From assembly GCF_964204645.1 (NCBI RefSeq), contig NC_134036.1, positions 2,976,001 through 3,040,000 on the forward strand: DNA of 64,000 nt, read 5' to 3'. Position numbers and translations under genes: made by a program. The notes under the pieces were generated by a model, which saw only the letters and a list, made by a program, of their open reading frames with translations, had not been told where the DNA came from and ran no database searches. The stretch's first letter is position 1. Every line of letters begins with the position of its first letter. Source of the DNA: Tubulanus polymorphus. Lineage: Eukaryota; Animalia; Nemertea. Of the stretch, positions 23,754 to 34,200 are shown piece by piece.

Positions 23754-25077
23754 ATGATGAGTAAGTAGGTTTTGACAATTTATTTACCTGCAATAAGTGA
23801 TACCTCAATATAATATCACACCAATATATTGTTTCTACAGTGAGTGGCCCCGGGTGAACTTGATTTTTTCACTGGCTAATAATGTTGTCAACACCATAGT
23901 AATTTAGGCTAAAAAAAATTGATACCTTGTTTCTCATTCCTGCTGAGCTTAAAAGTTGACCCACCTATCTACCCTACATTACATATTTCAAAATCACGAT
24001 GTAGCAATAACATATTCAGCTGCTATCTAGATAAGAACTGATTACAGATTTTATTTCAGTTTCCAGCCAATTAGGAGAAACAAGTTATCATTTTTTAGCC
24101 TAATGAGATATACAAAAAAATTATTTCAATTATTTTGTTAGGTTAAAAAGACATTTTGTTTCTGAATGCTGCTGAGTTTAAAAGTTGACCCAGCCAACCA
24201 CCCATCTACCCTGTACATTACTTTTTTTAAATCATGATCTTTTTAAAATTTAGATTTTTATAAAATCTAAATTTGCGCTAGAACCATATTTATTATTCTA
24301 AAAAGACCACTCTCTAAAATCAGCAATAGCAAAACTTCGAAAGTCATGTCGTAACCTTATAATTGAAAAAGGAAGGAGACTCGGCATCGCTCAACCAAAT
24401 CGTATTTGCTCTCTGTGTAACGCTATCGGCGACGAATCCCATTTTCTTTTTTATTGTAAACTGCAGGATAACTTAAGAACTAAATATGATATTGTAAATC
24501 TAAACCTAGACACTTTTCTTTCGGCCTTTACTAATCCCAATAAACCAATCTTCTTAAATATCGCGAAATTTATATATTATAAGCTTGTAAATATCACTTA
24601 GATAATAGTGTATGTATATGTTAGACATTGTATTACTTCTCTCTCTCCTTTTATTATTTTTCTTTTATTGCACATCATTTCTTGTTATTTGTCTGTTTGT
24701 TGTTATTGTTGTTTTTCGTCATTCACAATCTTATACTTTGGATTTATGATGAATAAATTGAAATTTGAAATTTTGATCAAACCATAACAGACCAGGCAGC
24801 TAAGGAAATGAACTGATTACAAAATTCATTGCCATTTTCGAAATGACTCGGCCGATTAGGAGAAACAAAGTATCAGTGTGTTCCCCACTGTTATATATGA
24901 TTAATATCTTGCAGTTTTTAATTCTTTGTTATATACTTTTCAGTAGATCAGTGTGTGAAGGTAGTTTTAAAGCTCACGGTTGTGTTGGTGTCTGTCTGTG
25001 TGATGGTCGCGGTTAACCGCGAGAAGCGATGTGACGGTCACGTCAATAGTGGGGACTGCGTTGACGATCCATGTTAA
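23754..25077 (+). CDS. P10: peptide precursor; CDS exons 23754-23760 + 24944(or 24947)-25077; ...VNREKR|CDGHVNSGDCVDDPC
   Basis: ATG ATG A|GTAAGT donor, CAGTAG acceptor. Three Cys in the mature region. Confidence 0.85.
24240..24773 (+). mobile_element. 5'-truncated non-LTR retrotransposon (LINE ORF2 C-terminus + 3' UTR) in intron 2 of P10
   Basis: Encodes SAIAKLRKSCRNLIIEKGRR...RICSLCNAIGDESHFLFYC, the CCHC-type motif typical of LINE ORF2 ends. Tail AATAAATTGAAATTTGAAATT. Flanked by a TGATC duplication. Empty site in P5 (~14515). Confidence 0.85.
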
Positions 25078-26332
25078 TAAATAACGTCTGCACAATTCAG
25101 TTTATTTCCTGAATGATTCTGAATGTGGTTGAGGTATAAAATAAAAATACTAAACTGATACCTAAAAGGTTTGAATTCATAAGCTTGTTCTCTGTATTTC
25201 CAAATATGAGTCTGTTTTCTGATGATTGGGTGCCCGTTTAATAATGCACGATATGCCCTATTTTGGGTGTGCACCCTTCCCTGAATCAGACACTGGTTCC
25301 ACTCTCACATCGCACAAATCTTAGAGCAGAAAAAGTCGGAACGAATCGATGAATTGAACATGCTCAATTTTCAGCCACCTGTTGCATTTCGGATTCGAAT
25401 TACTGAAAATTTGTACCGAAAAATCATCATCTTGAACAGGTGAGCAATCAGTTGTGTGGTCTTCTTCCGACGTTATTCATTCACCCATATCCAAACTAAG
25501 CCTCACAGCTAGCAGCAGTTGCAGAGGAAACTTCGGGCTGGTGTAGGAGGGGGGGTAGATTGGATTTTAGTTTCAGTTTTTAATAATTGAATTCCATTTA
25601 AATAATCGCCACCGCAGACACCAGTTCAGATCAACATCAACAAACAATCAACGACGAAATTTATTCAATAAATTAAGTAGTGATGGTTTAATAATTCAAC
25701 TCTGGACCCAGTATGAGGTAAGCCTTATCTGATGATATAGGTCATGCATCTAGAAAAATAAAATCTTATTTATATGTGTATGTATGCGTATCGATAAAAC
25801 CAGCAAAATATTCGAAACGATCGATAAACCTGATATGAATGCCCAGACAGTTTTATCTATTGAACACGTTTCTTATTTAGCCACCTGTCGAAGTTTGGAT
25901 TCGAATTACTGAAAATTTGTGCGAAAATATCATCATGATGAACCAAACTGAAAAATAAAAACACACAGTGTGGTCCTCTTCATTATCGATGTTTTCATTC
26001 ATAGCTTCATATTCAAACTAAGACTCACAGCTATAGCTGCAGTGGTAGAGAAAATTGCAAGTAAGTAACAGGCGGGTGACGGGCAATAAAGGTGATGACG
26101 ATGCAGGCAGACGATGATTCCTACAATATCAATTTAGAATGGCTGCGTATTTCATCAGTTCTCTGCGTTTTAGTTTTATTTCAGAATTTCCACGTATAAA
26201 CTCAGTACGATAGACTCGTGATAATCTCTATAACAGTGTGATATTTAACAGAGATTTCGGTATTTCATTTTCAGGCGCTGAAAAAAAGATTTATCCTTTC
26301 ACTTATTCCGACTGTTATTGTTACCCACGAAA

Positions 26333-27058
26333 ATGATGAGTAAGTAGATTTTGACAATTACGTGATACCTCGGTAAGAAGAGGTGACATCAGAGAAAATT
26401 TCAAAATGAAATGCATTCTTACTGATATCCATTCGGACGAGTTTTGATATTCGTGACTAGGTCACAGTTTGCATATGTGAATATTCTTCAGACCGAGTTC
26501 GTAGAGGTTTAAATTCTGTTGTGTTTAAACCAGAAATTTACGCAGGCTTTAGGATTCTTAATATCTTAACATAACCGATAAATCGTGGGTGGCTCCGGGT
26601 GAACTTGGTTTTTTCATTGGCTAATAATATTTTACCGCCGTGCAAAGTAATTAAGGCTAAAAATGTATCCCTCCTTTCTGCTGAGGTAAAAAGTTAACCC
26701 GGCCACCCACCTATCTATATCTACCCTGTACATTACTTGAAAAGTCATGATCAAGTTAACCATCACAGACCCGGAAGTTATAGAAATGAACCGATTACGA
26801 AATTCATTGCGATTTTCAAAATGACTCGGCCGATTAGGAGACACAAAGACAGTATGATTTTTAACAGTTCCGCACTGTTATATATGATTAATATCTTGCA
26901 GTTTTTAATTCTTTGTTATATATTTTTCAGTAGATCAGTGTGTGAAGGTAGTTTTAAAGCTCACGGTTGTGTTGGTGTCTGTCTGTGTGATGGTCGCGGT
27001 TAACCGAGAGAAGCGATGTAACGGTTACGTCAATAGTGGGGACTGCGTCAAGAAATAA
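26333..27058 (+). CDS. P11: peptide precursor; CDS exons 26333-26339 + 26931(or 26934)-27058; ...VNREKR|CNGYVNSGDCVKK
   Basis: ATG ATG A|GTAAGT donor, CAGTAG acceptor. Local duplicate of the P5/P10 type. Confidence 0.85.
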
Positions 27059-27428
27059 CATCCGCACAATTCAGTTTATTTCATGAATGATTCGTTGTGG
27101 ATGAGGTTAATAAAAAAATATTAAACTGATATCTAAAAGGTCGTTTGGATTTTAGTTTAAGTTTTTAATAATTAAATTCCATTTAAATAATCGCCACCGC
27201 AGACACCAGTTTATATCAACATCAACAAACAACCAACGACCAAATTTATTCAATAAACTTTGTCATATATTTGAATGGACATAATTTGTGATAATCAAAC
27301 AGAAAAAAAAACATCATTTTCACAAAGTATCGTTTTCATTTTTAAAGCAGTTTTCGAGGTTCAGATATTGTGCGCCCGTTTAATCATTTCATAATCTGTG
27401 TATTTAACTTCAACGAGCCACGTCAGAA

Positions 27429-27429
<1 letters not shown>

Positions 27430-27475
<46 letters not shown>

Positions 27476-27490
27476 TAATAATAATAATAA
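27430..27490. repeat. (AAT)n microsatellite
   Basis: Direct reading. Source of the poly-Tyr ORF. Confidence 0.95.
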
Positions 27491-28284
27491 CATATTACAC
27501 AGTATAAATATAGGTTTAATATATTATCGATTTTTTTAAATAATATACCTATCATATCGTACATCGATATCGGCGCAAAATCATCGTCCATTGTTTCAAT
27601 ATCGTAATTCGTGTCGCAGGCCCCAACTCCCAATCGAGAATCGAAAGCAATGATTTCTACGGCAATTTGCGTATTCTAAGTGCGACGTTCACAGCCGAAA
27701 CTTGCTGCAAGTTTAACGGACAAGTCTAGTCTCAAGTTTGCGACTATTTCTTTTTTTGGCGCTAGTTTTTACGTTTTTTTTTTTTTGCTAGGCAATTCAT
27801 TTGGCTCAAACCCGACCATCTTTATATCTTGATTTCGGATGTTACGACAGTAGACCACCACCATCTTGGAAATTGAAGCATCAACAGACACGAATCCCGC
27901 CTGAGTTCTGCCCAGTTCCACCAGAGGGCGTAGTGGGTCCTTCCCCGGAAAATTCAGAAATTTTACAGCCACCGTGAGCGTGTGAGAATGTCAAATTTAA
28001 TCGTCCACCCTTCTTTCATCGACGAGTACCGGCTGAAACCAGTAACGGTTGAAGGCTGGATCCGCAACTGTATGTTAGGCTAAAAAGAATTGATACCTTG
28101 ATTCTGCTGAACTTAAAAAGTTTACCCGGCCGGCCGCCTATCTACCCTGTACAAAATTATTTCTAAACGGACAATAACATGCCCGGCAGTATAAATGAAA
28201 CGATTACGCATTTTATTGCAGTTGACAAAAGTGACCCCCACCCGTTTAGGAGAAACGAGGTATCATTTTATTCTAGCCTTAAGA

Positions 28285-31200
28285 TCAGTTTTTATTATCA
28301 TCACAAGATAAAGACAACGACGAATTGACGTCGTGTCGATTCAACTCTTGTAGCGACGCCGTCGACTCGACCCAGTTCTCGATTCTTTCAGCGTCCAGCG
28401 TCTTCAATCGACGCAATAACGGTTCGTTTTCGCCAGCGGCGGCCGCGTCTATAGCGGCCGCTGCTGTAGCTGCGATCTCAATAGGCGTGGTCGTACCCGA
28501 GCCGGGACTAGTCATACCGAGCGTACGTGACGAATGCGTCGATAGCGCGTCGATACCGGAATGTTGCGACACCAGTTCCAACGACGTGTTGTGTATCGAG
28601 TCGAAATGAGGCAGCGCCGGCGACGACGACGAGAACGCGTCCAGATTCGAGTCGAACCGCGTCACGAAACCGTCCGCGTCGCCGTGCGGAGATCGTAGAG
28701 ACGGCGGTGACGTCGCGCCCAGGGACAGCGACGCCGCTCCGGGTGTCAGCGGTACAAGCGGCGCGTTCATCTCTAAATCTTCGGTATCAGCTTCGTTGCC
28801 TTCGTCGATTTCGCAAATCGATTCCGTGATGGACATTTTACCGAGGCTGCTGTTACGAGAATGACACATCTGTTGCTGGGCGCGACGAACGTCTTTATCG
28901 ATAGGCCGAGTGACGTCGATCGGGCCGTACTCGGAGATCGGTTCCGATAGGATGCTGCTGGTGAACGAAACGGCGCTACACGCAGACGGCGTCCTCGAGT
29001 GGCCCATATGGGCGTATAGATGATGATGCGAGCCGGTACCGGCGCCCGATGAAGCCCCGCCTGTGCCGCCGATCATTTGGTTTTTGTTTTCGTTGATCTC
29101 TTGCTCGATGGCGATCACCATTTCTGTATAGGAGGTGCGAGCTTTCTCAGTCAGTTCCATCAATTTGTGAAACGTCTCCTGAAAATCAACATTTTCTTTT
29201 TTAAACTTTCACAAATAACTGTCTGTCATTCATTTGAATGCCACAAGAGGCTTGTAGTGAAAATCTATGAAATGATCTTTTGAAATCATGCGGGAAAAAT
29301 CAGAAAATCCGAAGTGGGTTTGGTTTTGTGACGTCACTTCTCAATCCGATAATCTTGAATGTGATAAAAGGAAGGGAAACAAAAAGAATTAGGAAGGAAA
29401 TGTCAATGCCATCAACGGAAATTCTAAGTTGACAAGAAGATTCATAGAGGAGCTGTGTTAGGTAACCTGGTGTAGAATAAATACAACGAGATGAATAGTA
29501 CTTTATAAGTTCATTTGTTTATATGAAGTACAAGCTTTTGCTACAGATAACGTAAGTCCTTTTTTATTTAGGCCTACTACCGTGCTCGGAATAGGTCGAT
29601 TATCAGCCCAAAAATGAAACAGGCCCTTCCTAGCGAATCATTCAGTATTTCCATCGTCGTAACTGTATTAGCCTATGGGTCGGTGAATTCCTTGATGCGC
29701 TATGAATTCAAAAAATCTCGAATCCAGGCCAGGGGTAAAATCTAAAATTCTGACTAAGCATTCCCCTTAAAATTCCTATCATCCCCCCTTGAATTATATA
29801 AATTAAAAATCATTAATTGACTAAAAAATGGTGAAGCCTTACATACATTAATAAAGAAAAGCATGTATTTCAAACAAACAAGTTTACCTATCAAGTACTT
29901 TCTGCCTCGTTGCTTACTTTGACAATCAAGAATCAGAATCAAGGGAAAACTATCATACAAAATGTTTATGAGTTTCGTTCCTTCAGTCTTACCTCGGTGC
30001 CTTCGTAGTTGAATATCCCGGCGACGCTGACCGGCACGAGTTTACCGCAAGCTCGACCGAGAGCGCGACGACCCAACGCGAAAACAAACGGCACATTCTG
30101 CTCCTGACACATGTTTATTATGTTGTTCAGAGCTTCGTCTAAACCTCCTGAAAAACAGAGAACAAATTTGAATGAATCTTACGTAAGTGTTCTTACGAAG
30201 ATCGTTTGATTGAATTCATCTACTACTATAAAACCTCCCTAAATGAATGACATTCGTCCCAAAATCTGAAAAACATTGAAAGTACCTCCCTAGCAGGGTG
30301 GCCACTTTTTCCCCTGACTATTCCCTGGACATGCAGGTTGTTTACTCTGACTTGATCTGCTAAGAATCCAAACCCAGTCAAATATCTAAGACATAGACAG
30401 AACTATTTGATTTTAGCGCAACCTGAGAAGAAATTTTCCCAACTTTACCCTGATTTCCAGGTTGGTGGCCACCCGCCCTAGGTGTCGCCCATGTCACCTC
30501 CTCATGACCTGAACCTCCCTACAGTGAACATCTCCAAAAGTGGAGACTGCTCGGTTTAACAGAGAGGTTTTACTATATTTTTCTAACCTTTAGATTGAAT
30601 TCGTTCCAGATTTGGGGATATGATCACCGCTTTAATGCGTCTGAGTTTCAGGTGTTTCGTCACCTCGCGAAGTCCGAGTACGATACGTCGTTTTTGTTTA
30701 GCCTGCAACAACAAATGAGGTGTTAAAAATATTTCTCAAACAGTTTTACACGTTAAGAATATACCTTATTTCAGTCATTTCAGGAATGTAAGGACCCAGT
30801 TCCACAGTTAGGAAAAAACTTGACTCAATATTGGGTTTTAACACAGTAAGCCTCAGGACTGGCAAAATTTGTCTGCGTAAGAGTTTGGAAAAATTGGGAT
30901 AGGGAATAAGAATGATCTTTTCATTCTTGTCTGAAGTTAGTCAAAAGTGCGAATTGGGCATGTCCGAAAGGAAGGGGAGGCTTTTTTGAAAATGAACTAA
31001 TCTTAATCTTAACTGAAGAGATGGATGTGTAAATCAGAAAACTGTGGAACTAGGTCCAGATCTGCAGTTGTAGACTTTGCAACTACCTTTATCGGATCTT
31101 TGTGATACAAACGATCTTGGAATCTAACGAGATCTTGAAGGAATTGAACACAACCGCTGTCGATATCTTTATCCAATACTTGATTGCAGTATCTGTGAAA

Positions 31201-34200
31201 ATTGCGAGAAAAAAGAATTATAGAAATTTTGGAAAAAAGTTACGAAGTATGCAAGAAAATCAGGGCAGAGGGACAATTCTGTAATTAAAAAATATTAAAT
31301 CAGTATTTCTCAAAACAGTTGATTAATTGAAAATCAGGGAAATGTAGAGCAGGTGTCAGATTGATGAACTCTGGTGGAATTTTCACATCCTAACAAATAG
31401 CATAAATTTCACAACAAAATACCAGGATTTTTCAATAATTTTTCCAGATTTACAAAATAACATAAGCAGTTTATGATCACAATCTGAATTCAGATGAAAT
31501 TAAAGGCATAAAAAGGGATCAAAATATTTTGAAGCACTTTTCTTGAATTTTTCACACATTTTCACTATTTTCCAATTTTTCACAATATTTCAAAGCTTTA
31601 AAAAAAGATTTTCAACCAGGCATCAATTTTTACATCAATCTGACCTCTGTAAACCAGCTTTGGAATAGACAAAATAGCGGACTTACTCTCTGAAACGGCG
31701 ACTGTGTATTTTCATCGCTGCCGACGACGACATGTCGACCATTCCGAGACTAGCGATCGGACTATTGACGCCGGAACTCAACGGACTACTACCCGGCGAC
31801 AATGGACTCATGCTGATCGGTGAATTCTGACTGATCGGGGAAAGATCGTTGCTCTGCGACGCTTTCGAACTCACAGCTGTAATTAACAATAGAAGAATAC
31901 GAATTCAAGCCGGTTCAAAGCGAGTTTTTGATCTTTCCCATTAGAAATTTCTGAATGTTGATATTTGTACATAGTGAATCTGCAGCAAGCGAATGGAGAA
32001 ATTTTTAGGTTTAGATTGTAACAATTCATTCATTTTTCATGAATCACCTGATCAACTGCAATAGCATATGCAAATTCCCCAAGTTTTCGCAGACTTTTTG
32101 ACAAAATTTTTCAAAATCCCAGGTTTTCCCCCATTTTTCCAGATTTATTGGATCCAATAAGTTTCCTATTAACAGTGGCCACCCACACCTGTAGGCTTAT
32201 CCCAGGACACATTTATTAATCGATATTTGATTATCTTACCGTCCTGATCCTGTGATAAGTCAATATCAGCTCCCGTCAGACCGGTAAATGCTGTATTTAC
32301 TGTCGACGTCGTGTCCGCCGGGTCTTCCAACAATCGTAGTCGTTTCTTACGTTCGCGTTCTTTCAGAATCACTTTTTTCAACGTGCTCGGTTTTTTATGT
32401 TTCGGCAATTCGCGTTCTTTACCTCGTTTTGCCGGTGCCGTTGAGTCGAGAATGTTGTGATGTCCTTTATCGCCGTGAGTCTAGAAAAAAATGAACAATG
32501 AATGTGAAATTTTCAGATTCCAGCGCCGAGATTGGTGTAGGCCTATAGTGGAATTTTCACATTTTTTCATGTCCTTGCTGTATAAGATCTCAATTTTGTA
32601 AACGACCATGATTTTTCTGATAAGAATTTTTTCTATACTGATATTTCTTAAATAGACTATTGTGAATAACAGGGAAAGTGTACACTTAGGCCTCTTACAA
32701 CGGCTAAACAGTGCAAGAAATCTGATTTTTTTCTCATACCTGACTACGGTGTTCGCCGTAAAGCTTCTGAGGCGTTTCCACTTTATGCTTCTGCTTTTCG
32801 TGCTGCTTCTGGGAAGAAAATTGAAACATTTCAGGGATGTAGGGAGCATATTCACCTCTACTGACATTTCAATAATGAAAGAAGGCCTCAGACTTCAAGT
32901 AAATGAAAATAGGTCCAGAAAGAATTGGGTCAATTAATATCAATGAGACCAAAGGCAGGTAACAGTCTGTAGCATATCAAAAAGTATGGTCCTTAAATTT
33001 GTAACATTAGCAGAAGAACCAACATATAAGTTGGGGAAAATCGGCTTAGATTGGTTTTAAACTGCTTGATTGATTAGACCAAGTTAAGCTTTGGCTGTGC
33101 AACTAGCTCCTGCCCGGTTTCACGAACAGGGGTTCACTTATTTCCTTAAGTTTATGAAAGCAGAAATTGAAACAAACCTCCAGAGCGCTGATCATATCTG
33201 CGATATTTAAAGAGAGTGGTTGTTTAGATTTTTTACCACCACTGGTGCTGGCGCCGCCTGCTCCACCGCTCTGTGGTGATGGTTTCTGTTGATTGGATGT
33301 TGATGTCTGCTGTTGTTTCATACTCATCTCTTTCAGCACTTGTTGCTCGATTGAGATCTCGAGAAGTTCTTTATCTGCCGCTTCATTCGCGATCTCTCGA
33401 CGTTTACGCATTTTTCGTACGGCCTTGCTTTCCTTCGTTGTCATCGCCGCTGGTTGCACTAGAGAACAGAACGTGAAAAGAGAATGAAATTTGTAGTTTT
33501 CGACTTGGGGTATCTCCAGTTACATTCAAGGATGACATTTAAGAGCAGTCTCAGATCCCTTATGTTCAAAATATCAAAACTAAAAACTTAAAGAGCAGGG
33601 CCTGCAGTTGCTTCGGTTATAGGTAAAACAGTGGATTGTTGACCATTAAAAGTTCATTGTTGCATTGGTATTCATCTGCCAGTTATCTTTAACCAACTTT
33701 TGAGCAACTGCCCCAGCTGGCCTTTATTTCCAGTCTAAACCTTTGAAATATAATGTCGGAATGTCGGATCAGCAGGTACCCTTAAAGATTTTTACCTGCT
33801 GTTCGATCGGTTTCGGAACCGGGTTGACTTCCGCTTAAACTCCTCGCTCGATTGGCCAACGTCGGCGCTACTGGTGTCGCTGGGGACGACCGCTGAAAGC
33901 AAACAACAATAACATCATATAAGCATTCATGAAAGGTTCATTAAAACCCCTTGAACACCCTAGAGAAGGATTTATCACGTGGCATAAAGATATCAATGTT
34001 ACCGTGTGTTTCAACATGTCGCTGTAACTGAAGTGCGTGTGACCTCCACCATTCTGTGCTGCGGTGGCGCCACCATGACCAGCAGAAGGCGTCTCGTTTG
34101 ATGCCAATAAATCCGGGAATTCGCCTTCGTCTTCGAAATGTAACGTGGGCGCGACGACCGTATTCAAACCCCATCGATCGACTGCCGGATCCGCAGCGAC

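Larger units (their letters stand above)
14956..25225 (+). repeat. Segmental duplication unit 2 (peptide genes P6-P10)
   Basis: Restarts GTTTCCAAATTTTGGCGTC at ~14956. Same gene order and orientation (+,-,-,+,+) as unit 1. Confidence 0.9.

Noticed and set aside
26929-27003. Alternative Cys-rich frame of the peptide exons (SRSVCEGSFKAHGCVGVCLCDGRG), which looks defensin-like
   Set aside because: The frame has an early stop in P2, P4, P7 and P9 and is incompatible with the phase-1 ATG exon. The signal/KR frame is open in all 11 copies.
27361-27633. Poly-Tyr ORF
   Set aside because: Derived from the (AAT)n microsatellite in the probable SBP2L 3' UTR.
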